Assembly: GCF_004010195.1 (NCBI RefSeq)
Contig: NC_057751.1
Coordinates: forward strand, 15,306,597-15,359,784
Source: Chiloscyllium plagiosum
Lineage: Eukaryota
Direction of reading: 5' to 3'
DNA: 53,188 bases
Shown: positions 1-13,412 of the stretch, in pieces
Layout of the letters: every line of letters starts with the position of its first letter
How positions within the stretch are numbered: position 1 is the stretch's first letter
Position numbers and translations under genes: made by a program
The notes under the pieces: generated by a model
What the model saw: the letters and a program-made list of their open reading frames with translations, nothing else
The model's database searches: none
Told to the model about the DNA's origin: nothing

Positions 1-920
1 AACAGTGAACCTGAACTCCAAGATCCCTCTGTTCCACTGCACTCCTTAAGGCCCTCCCATTCACCATGAAACTCCTACCTTGATTTGACTTTCCAAATGC
101 AAGACCTCATGCTTATCCATATTAAATTCCATTTGCCATTTCTCAGCCCCAACCCGAGGCACTGTACTCATCACAGGCCTCCTGTCCTACAAACATCTTT
201 CCACTTTTACCCTCTGTTTCCTCCCATCAAGCCAATTGTGTATCCAATTTTCCAGCTTGCCCTGGATTCCATGCGATCTAACTTTCCAGAGCAGCCTATA
301 ATGTAGAACCTTATCAAAGGCCTTCCTGAAATCCAGAGAGATAACATCCACCTCTTTACCCTGGTAGTCATCAGAGGACGCTAACAAATTGTTGAGGCAT
401 GATCTGCCACTCACAAAGCTATGCTGACTACTCCTCATCAAACCCTGTCTTTCCAAATGCTTGTATCTCTTATCCCTCAGAATCCTCTCAAGTAATTTAG
501 TCACTATAGACGTTAAACGTACTGGTCTATAGTTCCCAGGCTTTTCTTTGCAGCCCTCCTTGAATAATAGCACAACATTAATTACCTTCCAGTTTTCTGG
601 GACCTCACTGTGGCTATGAAAATCTCAGCCAGGGTCCCCGCAATTGCTTCTCTACCCTCTTGCAGTGTTCTTGGGGAAAAGACAACTACCTTCAACTCAA
701 TCTATACCTGTCATTATTTTATAAACTTTCATCAGGCCACCTCTCAATCTCCGGTGCTCCAGTGAAAAAGGTCCCAGCCTTCCACATTGGGCAACATCCC
801 GGTAAATCTCCTCTGAACCCTCTCCAGTTTGATAATATTCTTCCTATAACTGGGCAACCAGAATTGGACACAGTGCTCCAGAAGAGACCCCACCAATGTC
901 CTGTACAAACTCCTGAGGAC
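1..920 (-). mobile_element. CR1-clade (HER1-like) LINE ORF2 fragments, rearranged
   Basis: ORF 187-573 has RT-region motifs PGNYRPVRLTS, QHSF..GRSCLNNL, LDFRKAFDKV.H and WL.GRKQRV. 744-920 has YRTLV...LEHCVQFW.P...LERVQRRFT. Confidence 0.9.
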
Positions 921-939
921 TTGAAAGTCACAAAAAGTC

Positions 940-1256
940 GGGGCAGCACAGTGGCTCAGTGCTGTCTCACAGCGCCAGGGACCCGGGTTCAATTCCCGCC
1001 TCAGGCAACTGTCCGTGTGGAGTTTGCACATTCTCCCCGTGTCTGTGTGGGTTTCCTCCAGGTGCTCCGGTTTCCTCCCACAGTCCAAAGATGTGCAGGT
1101 TAGGGTGAATTGGCCATGCTAAATTACCCATAGTGTTAGGTGCATTAGTCAGGGGTGAATATAGGGGAATGGGTCTGGGTGGGTTGCTCTTCGGAGGGTC
1201 GGGTGTGAACTTGTTGGGCTGAAGGGCCTGTTTCCACACTGGTGGGAATCTAATCT
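940..1256 (+). mobile_element. HE1-like tRNA-derived V-SINE, full length
   Basis: tRNA-like head with B box GGTTCAATTCC, central domain GGAGTTTGCACATTCTCCCCGTGTCTG..GGTTTCCTCCCACAGTCCAAAG, LINE-like tail and ATCTA repeats. Target-site duplication (TSD) AAAAGTC at 933-939 and 1257-1263. Confidence 0.9.
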
Positions 1257-3728
1257 AAAAGTCCAAGCAGAGCACGGAGATCAACTGTTCCCACTGGCAG
1301 AAGGATCGAGACGCAGAGGTGAGCGATTAAAGAAGCGATGGTGACGTAGAAAAACATTTTCACACACCAAGTAGCTCGGATCTGTTGCGTGCTGCATGAG
1401 ACTGTGGTTGAAATAGGTTCAACTGAGACTTTCAAGAGGTAGTTAGACATTGATCTGAAAAGGAAAAGAGTATTCAGGGATTTAAGGTAAAAGGAGGGGA
1501 ATGAAACTCGGTAAATCACTCCTTCGGAGGGTCAGTACAGATGTGACAGGCTGAATGGCCTCCTTCTGTGCGGTACCATCACGTCACCTTGTACAAATTA
1601 CCTGGACAGAAAACAATTCTGTCCGTCCCGTCACACGCCAGCATCTCATTGCACAGTCTAAGCAGTACATTGGCATTAAGCCACTGGTTGGATCCAAGAT
1701 TGAAACAGGGACTATCTGGGGGGGGTTTAGCTCATTTATTAAAGGAATCTCAGCATCTGAACGGCACTTAATCAGGGTCCAGTTCCGATGAGAATGAGCG
1801 TTGACAACAGGACTCTCACTTAAAGAGCTTGCTGTTTTTAATAGGGTTTTAATTTTCAGTTTTGGAGCAGGGATATCCTCTCAATCCTCCAGCTGACAAA
1901 GAAATCAATCCAACAGGGCTCAAGGGCGTGCATAACCTTTTAAAAATGTCCTTATGATTAAATATTATTAGGTTAACTATTCCTCTGAGACAGGAGTCCT
2001 GAAAGGGGAAATGTCACAGCCCTCATGACTTAAGTCCAGACTTGACTCTTGTTCACCGAGTTCTCACTGTCTCCGGCTGTCACCCTGCTGTGCATATTCA
2101 CACAAAGGTTGGAAACGGCTGTTCAGTGCCAGGATGCTGGATTTTCCTGTTGGAATTTCTGGCCTTGTTGGTGAGCGTGCAGCAGTTTTGCCGTCCGCTG
2201 GCAACAAAAGTACTACAAACGCCGCAAAGGTCAGTGGGATTTTACAAAGCCTTTGTTAGGCGGTCCATCACTTGTGGCTTAACCCTGTACCTCTCCTGAG
2301 AGACAATGTCCACGACATGCACTGGATTATAACTTGCAGATACTTGTCCAGTCCAAACATTTAACAATCATCAGCTCAATGGAAGAATCGTTTCCATGGA
2401 AACCCATAATATCTATTTCTGGAGAGACCATTACGCAAGTCGAATCTCAGATAAAGTCACACCAGCTTAGAAAAGAAAACCTCAGCATCATGAAGGCCAG
2501 GGCAAAAGGCAAATTCAGTTACTTGGCACACGCAAAGAGGGATAATTGGGTTAACAAAGATTTCACATTCAGTCTTAAAAAGTAGAAAACAGTGAAGAGT
2601 GTCTTTCACTGCTTTAATTCCCTCTGATGAGTGGCTCTTGAAGCAATGATCTGGCTTAGAGGAACAACACAAAATTGCCCTTTTTCTTAATGCGCCGCAC
2701 AAATTGTTAATCATTTTTGCTCTATCAGCAGGAAGGGACCAGTCAACTCTGGGGCTCCTGCAATCACCACTGTCAGGAACTGATGAAGGAAGAAAGATTA
2801 CCAGGCCATAGGGCTGCTCTCTCATTACAGAGTGGTGGTTTAACCTGGAGGGTCACCACACATTGGGCGAGAGGAGAGTCCTTCGTGAAAAACCTTCGCT
2901 GGTGGGGGAAATCAAACCCACGCTGTTGGCATCATTCTGCATCACAAACCAACCATCCAGACAACTGAGCTAATTGGCTCCCAATTCGATTACTGTGTAC
3001 TTGGAACGTCTCTCCACAATAACCTCATCTCCCCTTGAGCTGTCACTGCTTGATGCCCACATTCAGCTCCGTGTCCCTTCAGGAATTAAATCGACTGGCT
3101 TGGCCTGCCTGTGACTGAAGACCCACGACCCTATGGTTGATATTTACCTGCCTGAACAAGCTATACTGTTTAAGTATAATTAGAGCTGGGTAGCAAATGC
3201 TGGTTTGTGACCAAGACACCCAAATCCTCTGAAAAGGATTTTTAAAAAAAATTTTTTTGGGCATTTCCCAAGAGAATGCTTCCCACCATTCACAGGCTGA
3301 AATCAAAAAAGAAATATTTAAGAAGCATCATCCTTTCACAGAAAGTAGCTTTGGTTAAGTTATGAACCACTATTTGAGATCAAGATCTGGATGTCGTGGG
3401 AAATGATTGACTTTGGCTTTTCAGAACATGACTGAATATTTAAATTCTAAGGTAGTCAATGAGATTTCTTGCAACTGCAAATTTCAACGTGATAAACTAG
3501 TCCGGAAAGTCAGTCACTTATTGGCAGCATTGGTGTGCTGAATTTGTCAACACTTAGACTTTAAACAGTAAACTTGGCCGACTTATTAAATGCTTCAGTC
3601 TGCTGCACTCCATTTTCTCTTTGAGTGAGTACCCTGCACCATTGCCACTCAACTCTGATGCTCGACACCCCTAATCAAATAACGTTAAAATTCGATGTAC
3701 ACCAACCCTCACCATGCCTCCCACCTAC

Positions 3729-3842
3729 CTTTGACTGTGGCTGTCCTGGTGCAGTTGTACAAGATGGCCAGCTCTCCGAACACTCTCCCTGGTGTCATTG
3801 TGCACAGCTTCACATTTTCTTTCGTCACCTCCACCTTTCCCT
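3729..3842 (-). CDS. PRKG1: PRKG1-type common exon 3 (CNB-A phosphate-binding cassette); not in the ORF track
   Basis: 114 bp; acceptor ttgtctcctcag|AG, donor AAAG|GTAGGT. Manual translation: (E)[37 protein letters not shown]. Phase 1 matches exon 2. No exon 4 was found in 1-3728, so the gene continues beyond the left end. Confidence 0.95.
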
Positions 3843-4024
3843 CTGAGGAGACAAATAAAGAAGTCACTCACCCACCAGAGGACTCGCACGCCAGACAGCT
3901 GCAGGTAGGAAATTTTCAGTAGCTGAGAAAAATGCCACTTGTTACGTTGCAGTACAGGGGCAGTCTCCTTGCAACTTGGGAACTCAATGCAAACTTAACA
4001 CATGGTTGGTTTGCCTCCTCACAG

Positions 4025-4647
4025 GAGTCCACCTGAGGAGTGTCGGATGTTGGGATGTCATGTGGCAGCTGTACAAAACTTGGGGAGGCTGCTTTTCGAA
4101 TACGGTAGACAATTCTGGTCACCTTGCTACAGGAAGGATATTGTTAAACTATCAAGGGTACATTAAAGATTTACAAGAATGTTGTCGGGACTGGGGGCGG
4201 TTTGAGCTATGAGGAGAGGCTGGGTAAGCCGGAACTCTTTGCCCTGGAGCGTCGGAGACTGAGGGGTGATCTTATCAAGGTTGACAAAAGGGACATGGAT
4301 TGGGTGAATAGCCAAGGTGGTTTCCCCCCCCACCACCCCCACCCCCCGAGGGAAGGGGAGTCAAAAACTAAAGAGCATAGGTTCAAAGTGAGAGGGAAAA
4401 GGCATGAAAGGGAGCTAAGGGTGACTTTATCATGCAGAGGATGGTGCGTGTATGTAATGAGATGCCAGAGGAAGTGGTAGAGGCTGATAGAATTACAACA
4501 TTTAAAAGGCATTTGGACATAAATGGGAAAGGTTTAGATGGATATGGACCAAACACAGGCAAGTGGGACTGGTTCCGTTTAGGAAACCTCGTTGACATGG
4601 CCGAGTTGAGCCAAAAGTCCTGTTTCCGTGCTATATGACTCTATGAC
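4025..4647 (+). mobile_element. CR1/HER1-like LINE 3' fragment
   Basis: LSYEERL...LFALERRRLRGDLI motif, followed by a 3' UTR ending in atgactctatgac. Confidence 0.85.
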
Positions 4648-6039
4648 ACTGCACGTACAGAGAGAGACACACACAGTCTCTTTTACAAAGTCACGTTGCT
4701 CACATTAAAAGCCGGGTGCATTACAGAAGACTGCTTTGCTACCTTCTTTCCTTGGTCCATCAACTGAAGACTCTCAGGGTCCCCCATGACCTGAGCCTGA
4801 ACATAATTCTTTCTCGAGTTTATCTCCTAATTTTCTCTCCCAGCTGAATTAGTCTGAGAGAGTCACCTCATTTCTCTCAACTACTGACAATCCGATTCCC
4901 CAACCGAAGGAACTGCAAAATACAACAACTAGATCAAGAATGAAAGAGACAGATTTCAAGTGACTTGGGAAAAGAAGCAGATAGGAGACGACTGAGACCT
5001 TTTTCACACACCAAGTGGTTGGGTCTGGATACATTTCCTTGAAGTGTGGTGGAGGCAGGTTCAACTGAGGCATTCAAGGGGAAGGAGAAAAGGTAGGGGA
5101 GAGGCACTAAGTCCCCACGCTCATTTGGCATAGCGGGTACCGCTGAATTGCCTCTCTGTACACCTTAACACTTCTGCGATGCTGGAAATCTGAAATGCAA
5201 GCAGAACATGATGGAGATACTCCGGTCTGGTCGTATCTGTGGCGAGCGAAACAGAGTTAACATTTCGAGGCTAATATCAGCCTACTTCAGAAATCTCCCC
5301 CACCTCAGTCTGGTGTGAGGCCCCCAGCGGAGGTAAGATGGTATGAGCCTGTGTGGGTGCTTGCATATGAACAGGCTGCTGTGTAGTGAAAGGTTTCAGG
5401 TTCTCAGGGCAGGTAAAAGGGGAGGGAAGGGGATGAAGAGGCAGAGTGTTGCACCTGAGGAAGGTGTGAAGAGGCGAGGGTTGGCGTTTGGTCAATATGC
5501 GATCGAAGCTGGGGTGGCGGTCTAATAGTTACTCAGCAGATATACTGGGTACTTAATAGTCTAACATTTCCTGAATAACTCTTTACTAACTGCAGTGGAG
5601 GCCTTCAGGTTCACCAATTTAAGTGGAGACCTTTGGAAGGTTCCAGGTGCACGGGAATTGCCAGGTGGAATATTCAATTTCCCAGGGAATCCCATCGCAG
5701 CCTGCTACACTGGGGATTCTGCACGATTTCCGCGTGCACATCCCACCTATGCGGCAGAAGCGACCATCCAGCTGTTGGAAAATCCAGGCCATAAACTCAT
5801 TCAAATCTCGGCTGCTCGCACCCTAATATACAGAGAATCCCATTCGCCGCTCACCCCTGTGCTCAGTCATCCCCACCACACTCAGAGACAGTGTACTCTT
5901 CTCATTCCAGCTTCCTGAAGCGTCCCCTGTAATAATCGCTCACTGGTGGCCATGTCTTCTGTTGTCAAAACCCTAAGCTCTGGGACATGCCTCCCCACCT
6001 CACTTACCTCCTTTCAGACAGGCCTATAATTGGTCATAT

Positions 6040-6385
6040 TTTTTTCTTCTTTCATTCATTCACAGGATGAGGGCATTTTTTGGGTAGGCCAGCAATTAAT
6101 ACACATCCCTGATTGCCCAGAAAGCAGTTTAGGAGTCAACCCCATTGCTGTGGGTCTGGAGTCACATGTCGGCCTTCCCTGAAGGACATTAGTGAACCAG
6201 ATGGGTTTTCCCGACAATCAACAATGGATTCATGGTCATTATCAGAAAATGAATTCATCACAGTTATTATTGAATTCAAATTCCACCATCTGCCATGGTG
6301 AGATTCAACCTTGGGTCCCAAGGACATTACCCGGGTCTCTGGATTAATATTCTAATGATAATACCATCACACCATCGCCTCCCCT
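6040..6385 (-). mobile_element. tRNA-derived SINE of a second family (L2-like tail); related copies at about 29790-30063 (+) and 36930-37200 (-)
   Basis: Copies share TGGCAGATGGTG..A.T..AATTCAATAA and CACTAATGTCCTTCAG.GAAGG blocks and a (TGAA)n-type tail. The minus strand starts with a tRNA-like head. Confidence 0.7.
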
Positions 6386-6408
6386 GATAAATGGCCAGAT
6401 AGTTCCTT

Positions 6409-6745
6409 GGGTGGCATGGTGGCACAGTGGTTAGCACTACTGCCTCACAGTGCCAGGGACCCGGGTTCAATTCCCGCCTCAGGCAACTGACTGTGTGGAG
6501 TTTGCACATTCTCTCCCCCGTCTCTGCGTGGTTTTCCTCCGTGTGCTCCGGTTTCCTCCCACAATCCAAAAATGTGCAGCTCAGGGTGAATTGACCACGC
6601 TAAATTGCCCAAAGTGTTAGGCGCATTAGTCAGGGGTAAATATAGGGTAGGGGAGTGGATCTGGGTGGGTTACTCTTCGGAGGGTGGGTGTGGACTTGTT
6701 GGGCTGAAGGGCCTGTTTCCACACTGTTGAGAATCTCACCTAATC
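6409..6745 (+). mobile_element. HE1-like V-SINE
   Basis: Highly similar along its length to the 940-1256 copy. Confidence 0.9.
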
Positions 6746-7822
6746 TTTTCGGCTCAGTGTTATACTTTGCTCTGCAAAGCTTCTGCAAAGTTGCCTGGAT
6801 TGTTAAAGGTGCTGAATAAATAATTGCTGTTTGGTGGGCAATCCAACACATTCACAGTAACGTGAAAAGGAAAATATGGCTTCTCCTTTTGTGGCACCAT
6901 GCAGCGTACAGGAGAGGGAAACAAAGCTGGCAGAGTGTCAGATGTGCCCGAACAAAGACTGGAGAAGAGAGAGGCTGTCACCAGCAGCTGCCACCCAAAA
7001 TAAGTCGGACGCCTGTTGGTACCATCCTCATCATAATCATAGATGGAGAGAGAGCTCCGAAATGCAGTCAGCACAACCTGCGCAGACAGCTTTCTCCCTA
7101 CAGGAGACAGCTGACTCAGAATGACACTGCCATCGCCAAGGTGCCCTCACAAACTGGCGCAGTTCTGCATGCAATGTGAGGACATGGATTTTCCTGCAGC
7201 CCCGAATCTTACCAGTGCAGGACAGGGGTGAGTGCGATTGCCGGGCTGCAGTGACCTCGAAACCTCTTGATTCTGGGCTGCTGCAATCCTCATCACGGTG
7301 ACATGCCCTTTCCAGCTTTCTCCAGCAGCCACCATTCTGAGCTGCAGTCATAGAATCGGAGAAGTCAGCCAGAAACAGACCCTTCGGTCCAACCAGTCCG
7401 TGCCAACCATAATCCCAAACTAAACTAGTCCTGCCTGCCTGCGCTTGGCCCAGATCCCTGCAAAGCTTTCCTATCAGGTACTTAGGTAAAAACAAGGACT
7501 GCAGATGCTGGAAACCAGATTCTAGATTAGAGTGGTGCTGGAAAAGCACAGCAGTTCAGGCAGCATCTGAGGAGCAGGAAAATCACAGCTACCTGGATTA
7601 CACCTCTTCCCACCCGACCTCCTGCAAAAATGCCATCCCGTATTCCCAATTCCTCCGCCTCCACCGTATCGGCTCCCAGGAGGACCAGTTCCACCACAGA
7701 ACACACCAGATGGCCTCCTACTTTAGAGACCGCAATTTCCCTTCCCACGTGGTTAACGATGCCCTCCAACGCATCTCGTCCACATCCCGCACCTCCGCCC
7801 TCAGACTCCACCCCTCCAACCG

Positions 7823-8501
7823 NNNNNNNNNNNNNNNNNNNNNNNNNNNNNNNNNNNNNNNNNNNNNNNNNNNNNNNNNNNNNNNNNNNNNNNNNNNNNN
7901 NNNNNNNNNNNNNNNNNNNNNNNNNNNNNNNNNNNNNNNNNNNNNNNNNNNNNNNNNNNNNNNNNNNNNNNNNNNNNNNNNNNNNNNNNNNNNNNNNNNN
8001 NNNNNNNNNNNNNNNNNNNNNNNNNNNNNNNNNNNNNNNNNNNNNNNNNNNNNNNNNNNNNNNNNNNNNNNNNNNNNNNNNNNNNNNNNNNNNNNNNNNN
8101 NNNNNNNNNNNNNNNNNNNNNNNNNNNNNNNNNNNNNNNNNNNNNNNNNNNNNNNNNNNNNNNNNNNNNNNNNNNNNNNNNNNNNNNNNNNNNNNNNNNN
8201 NNNNNNNNNNNNNNNNNNNNNNNNNNNNNNNNNNNNNNNNNNNNNNNNNNNNNNNNNNNNNNNNNNNNNNNNNNNNNNNNNNNNNNNNNNNNNNNNNNNN
8301 NNNNNNNNNNNNNNNNNNNNNNNNNNNNNNNNNNNNNNNNNNNNNNNNNNNNNNNNNNNNNNNNNNNNNNNNNNNNNNNNNNNNNNNNNNNNNNNNNNNN
8401 NNNNNNNNNNNNNNNNNNNNNNNNNNNNNNNNNNNNNNNNNNNNNNNNNNNNNNNNNNNNNNNNNNNNNNNNNNNNNNNNNNNNNNNNNNNNNNNNNNNN
8501 N
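7823..8501. other. Assembly gap (N run)
   Basis: 679 N. Confidence 1.
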
Positions 8502-8544
8502 CCTCCTCTCATTTATCTCTCCACCCTGCAGGCACTCTGCCTCG

Positions 8545-8580
8545 ATTCCTGATGAAGGGCTTTTGCCTGAAACGTCGATT
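8545..8580 (+). ncRNA. Minimal type-I hammerhead ribozyme motif in the PLE terminal repeat
   Basis: CTGATGA-a-GGGC-tttt-GCCT-GAAA-CGTC. Conserved core boxes, stem II hairpin, and palindromic ACGT in place of stem III. Stem I is weak. Confidence 0.6.
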
Positions 8581-9786
8581 TTCCTGCTCCTCGGATGCTG
8601 TCTGAACTGCTCTGCTTTTCCAGCACCAATCTAATCTAGAACCTGGTTTCCAGCATCTGCAGTCATTGTTTTTACCTTTTTTATCCAGTGAAAAAAGTCC
8701 CAGCCTATCCAACCTTGCTTTGTAACTCAGACCCTCCATTGCCAGCAACATCCTGGTAACTCTCTTCCAAACCCTCACTTGCTTCATTCTGTTCCTGTAT
8801 CTGAGCGACCAGAATGAGTCACAGTATTTCAGAAGAAACCTCACCAGTGTCCTGTACAACCTTCAACGTGACTTATCAATTCCTATATTCAAAGGACTCA
8901 GCAATGAAGGGAACCATACTAAATGCCTTTTTAATCACCCTGTTGATACGTGAAGCAAAATTCAAAGACTTATGTACCCGAACCCTTTGATCTCGAAAAG
9001 CGAGAAACTGTCAAGCTCCACAGAGGATGGGGCGTGTCCAGTAAACAGCTCGTGGGTCCAGGAAACGCGAATGCAAGGCTCACCTTTAACGTCAAAAGGT
9101 CCAGAATAGAAGAGAGTATAAGTCATACTTTAGCTGGACAAATCCTTGGCTGGAGTAATGTGTGCAGATCCGGGCACCACACCTGAGGAAGGATATACTG
9201 GACTGGGAGGGAGTTCAGCAGAGATTTGACTTTCACAGTGGAGCTGAGGAAAGAATGAGCACACGAGACTTGTTCTCCTTCACATTTTGAAGGTCAAAGA
9301 GTGAAGTGGCTGATTAATTTGATATTATCTTGAACGGACAGAGAGAAACTATTTCTGTTGCTTGTGGAGTGCAGAATGGAAAGCAGTCTAAAAATTATCG
9401 CTAGATTTTTCAGGATTGAAATGAGTAAACCTGTCAACACATAAAGGGTGGTACATATTTGGAACTCTCTTCTGCAGACAGCAATTGACGCTTCATGAAT
9501 ACCAGTTTGAAATGATGCATGTGAGGGGCTGGGCAAGATGGGTAATGTTGCAGGTCAGTCATATCCAACTGAATGGTTGAAGAAGCTCAGAGGACAAATC
9601 GCTTTTCCTATGGGAAAAAAATTAAGGATCAAAATATGATGACAAAGTAGGGAAGTCTGCAGAGAACAGAAGTGGAACAATCAGGTAAAGACACAGTACA
9701 GATCAGAATTAAGGAAAATATTCAAGAAACACTTGCTCTGAAGCCCAAGAGAAGGTGCAACTGCTGAAGATGAATCTGACTGTGTA

Positions 9787-10450
9787 GAGTCATACAGTCA
9801 GCAAGTTTTACAGCACGGAAATAGATCCTACAGTCCAACCCAGTCAGATATCCTAAACTAATCTATTCCACTTGCCAGCATTTGGTCCATATCCTTCTAA
9901 ACCCTTCCTATTCATAAACCCATCTAGATGCCTTTTTAAGTGTTGCAATTGTACCAGCCTCCACCACTTCCTCGTTCCATACACGTACCACTCTGCGTGA
10001 AAACGTTGCCCCTTACGATCCTTTTACATCTGTCCCCTTTAACCTTAAAACCTAAGCCCTGGGAAAAAAAAACCTTGGCTGTTCATCCGATCCATGCCTC
10101 TCATGATTTTATTAATCGCAACCACCGACACTCCAGGGAAAACAGCCCCAGCCTATTCAAGGTCTCCGTATAACTCAAACACCCCCAACCCTGCCAACAT
10201 CCTTGTAACTCTTTTCTGAAACCTTTCAAGTTTTACAGCATCCTTGCCTCCTATAGATGGGCAACCAGCATTGTGTACAGTATTCCAAAGGTGGCCTAAC
10301 CAATGTCCTGTAAACTGCAACACAAGCTAACACCTCCTTTCTTCAAAGCACTGGCCAATAAAGACAAGCGTACCATAGACCTCCTTCACTACCCTGTGTA
10401 CCTGTGACTCCACCTCCAAGGAACAATGAACCTGCACCCAAGGTCTCTTT
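9787..10450 (-). mobile_element. CR1/HER1-like LINE 3' fragment
   Basis: Closely resembles the 23190-23704 copy (tgttgcaattgtaccagcctccaccacttcctc; ccagggaaaa..gccccagcctattc). Confidence 0.85.
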
Positions 10451-10923
10451 GCAACTGGGTGAGCCACATTGCCATCTCTGCCAGTTGTACTCACTGGGTG
10501 TTATCCATGGCCAGTGCCTTCATCATACATCATAACAACGTAGCAACCACAAAGCACTGCAGAGCAACAAAATCACCTTTGACCTCAGTGTGTGGCTGAC
10601 AAGCCATCAGTTGCTACAGGCGTCGGCCTAGTTGCAGATGGACAGAGGACTGCAGCACCCTGCCAGTACCTGTTCCTTCAGTGCATCATACTCAGTCATC
10701 AAGGGTTTCATGCCTATTCACACCTACTTATCTGCACAACCAGGCAGTGTTTAAGTTAATACCTTATCCTGCTCACCAGTTTTGTTCCAAAAGACCATCC
10801 CAGCCTGTTCTGCCACATACAGCTGATCTTCAGTCTTAGTTCCCTCTGCTGTAAATCCCTAAACAGTCATACAGCTTGTAAACAGATCCTTTGGTCCAAC
10901 TCATCCATGCCAACCAGATTTCT

Positions 10924-11195
10924 TTTAGATTAGATTAGATTAGATTACTTACAGTGTGGAAACAGGCCCTTCGGCCCAACAAGTCCACACCGACCCTCCA
11001 AAGCGCAACCCACCTAGACCCATTCCCCTTCGTTTACCCCTGCACCTAACGCTATGGGCAATTTAGCATGGCCAATTCACCTAACCTGCACATTTTTGGA
11101 CTGTGAGAGGAAACCGGAGCACCCGGAGGAAACCCCCGCAGACACGGGGAGAATGTGCAAACTCCACACAGTCGCTTGAGGCGGGAATTGAACCC
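10924..11195 (-). mobile_element. HE1-like V-SINE (5' end lost in gap 11196-11370)
   Basis: Reverse complement of the 940-1256 family, with a (TAGAT)n tail. Confidence 0.9.
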
Positions 11196-11433
11196 NNNNN
11201 NNNNNNNNNNNNNNNNNNNNNNNNNNNNNNNNNNNNNNNNNNNNNNNNNNNNNNNNNNNNNNNNNNNNNNNNNNNNNNNNNNNNNNNNNNNNNNNNNNNN
11301 NNNNNNNNNNNNNNNNNNNNNNNNNNNNNNNNNNNNNNNNNNNNNNNNNNNNNNNNNNNNNNNNNNNNNNTGAAGAGCAAAGTTACACAGTGTCTGTGTG
11401 CATAATTACAAGGGGCAGTAAAAGAGATGACTT

Positions 11434-11868
11434 TGAGGTGCCGGTGTTGGACTGGGGTGGACAAAGTTAAAAATCACACAACAGCAAGTTAGAGTCCAAC
11501 AGGTTTATTTGGAAGCACTAGCTTTCGGAGCGCCGCCCCTTCATCAGGTGGTTGTGGAGGTAGAGATCATGCTCACAGAATTTATAGTCAAAGGGGTCCT
11601 GTGTCATGGAGATGTGATACCTTACGATCTTGAGAATGTAATTTAAAAGAAGTTCTGGGATTTACATATCAAAGAACAGAAACCAGCATATCCCATTCTA
11701 AAAGATGAAAGTTTAAATCTAAGATGGTCTACCGTATCACTGGACTCCTTTGGCTATATATTCTGTGAGCATGATCTTAACTTTCACAACCACCTGACGG
11801 CGTTACGAAAGCTAGTGCTTCCAAATAAACCTGTTGGACTATAACCTGGTGTTGTGTGATTTTTAACT
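11434..11868. mobile_element. Penelope-derived fold-back element with hammerhead motif
   Basis: Inverted arms at about 11465-11603 and 11738-11868. The minus strand at 11514-11553 reads aaccac-CTGATGA-a-GGGGC-ggc-GCTCC-GAAA-GCTA-gtgctt. Confidence 0.75.
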
Positions 11869-12194
11869 GTGTGTGTATGTGTGTGAGAGTGAGAGAGAGA
11901 GAGCGAGCGAGCGAGAGACAGCAAAAGAGAGCTCCTCAATATGAGTGACAGACAAGCAGAAGACTGATTCATCTCATTTTAGTCTGAATGGGTACTGCAT
12001 ATTAAACTGGCAAAGAGACCAGCTCTGCTAATAAATGTACTGGTCCGTCCTGTAATTGCAATCTAATTGAATTTAAAATAGGTCAAATTTCAGCTCATCA
12101 GGGAGTCGTCGATTGCCTTTCAGACAGATCCATTACCCTTTTAGTATTTCACTGGCGCCTAATCCTATATCTTGTTTTGATTGCTGCTGGATGC

Positions 12195-13412
12195 CAAATG
12201 AAAGAAAGTCAGAGAGAGACAGTCAGAGAGACAGAAGACAGACACAAATGGGGGAGTGACAGACAAACAGCGAGACAGAGAGGTAGAGACAGAAGTCGGA
12301 GGTGGGGGAGAGGAGGGAGAGACTTAAGCGGCCGAAGAGTGAAAGGGGAGAGGGAGNNNNNNNNNNNNNNNNNNNNNNNNNNNNNNNNNNNNNNNNNNNN
12401 NNNNNNNNNNNNNNNNNNNNNNNNNNNNNNNNNNNNNNNNNNNNNNNNNNNNNNNNNNNNNNNNNNNNNNNNNNNNNNNNNNNNNNNNNNNNNNNNNNNN
12501 NNNNNNNNNNNNNNNNNNNNNNNNNNNNNNNNNNNNNNNNNNNNNNNNNNNNNNNNNNNNNNNNNNNNNNNNNNNNNNNNNNNNNNNNNNNNNNNNNNNN
12601 NNNNNNNNNNNNNNNNNNNNNNNNNNNNNNNNNNNNNNNNNNNNNNNNNNNNNNNNNNNNNNNNNNNNNNNNNNNNNNNNNNNNNNNNNNNNNNNNNNNN
12701 NNNNNNNNNNNNNNNNNNNNNNNNNNNNNNNNNNNNNNNNNNNNNNNNNNNNNNNNNNNNNNNNNNNNNNNNNNNNNNNNNNNNNNNNNNNNNNNNNNNN
12801 NNNNNNNNNNNNNNNNNNNNNNNNNNNNNNNNNNNNNNNNNNNNNNNNNNNNNNNNNNNNNNNNNNNNNNNNNNNNNNNNNNNNNNNNNNNNNNNNNNNN
12901 NNNNNNNNNNNNNNNNNNNNNNNNNNNNNNNNNNNNNNNNNNNNNNNNNNNNNNNNNNNNNNNNNNNNNNNNNNNNNNNNNNNNNNNNNNNNNNNNNNNN
13001 NNNNNNNNNNNNNNNNNNNNNNNNNNNNNNNNNNNNNNNNNNNNNNNNNNNNNNNNNNNNNNNNNNNNNNNNNNNNNNNNNNNNNNNNNNNNNNNNNNNN
13101 NNNNNNNNNNNNNNNNNNNNNNNNNNNNNNNNNNNNNNNNNNNNNNNNNNNNNNNNNNNNNNNNNNNNNNNNNNNNNNNNNNNNNNNNNNNNNNNNNNNN
13201 NNNNNNNNNNNNNNNNNNNNNNNNNNNNNNNNNNNNNNNNNNNNNNNNNNNNNNNNNNNAGAGATGGGATAGAGAGAGAGGGCAAGAGAGAGGGGGCAAG
13301 AAGTGGGTGAAGAGAGGGGTGAAGAGAGGGTGGCAAGAGAGAGGGGGCAAGAGAGAGGGGGGCAAGAGAGAGGGGGCAAGAGAGACGGGGGCAAGAGAGA
13401 GGAGGGGGCAAG
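12195..13412. repeat. GA-rich low-complexity/minisatellite (about 14-bp GGCAAGAGAGAGGG units) around assembly gap 12357-13259
   Basis: Tandem ggcaagagagaggg units at 13280-13412 and GA-rich sequence at 12200-12356. Confidence 0.9.

Larger units (their letters stand above)
7484..8677 (+). mobile_element. 5'-truncated Penelope-like element (PLE) with inverted terminal repeats, nested in a minus-strand CR1 (about 7345-7483 and 8680-8980); contains an assembly gap
   Basis: The frame from 7584 reads HSYLDYTSSHPTSCKNAIPYSQFLRLHRIGSQEDQF...MASYFRDRNFP, a PLE RT C-terminal/linker motif. About 100-bp inverted repeats at 7484-7584 and 8577-8677. Confidence 0.85.

Noticed and set aside
940..1010. tRNA-like sequences with A/B boxes (also near 6409 and 17210)
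   Set aside because: They are SINE heads that continue into SINE bodies, not tRNA genes.
2050..2590. Unique-looking sequence with short ORFs as a nested gene in intron 3
   Set aside because: No recognisable protein in any frame and no consistent exon boundaries.
5650..5790. Cluster of NF-kB-like GGGAAT/GGGGAT motifs
   Set aside because: None fully matches GGGRNNYYCC.
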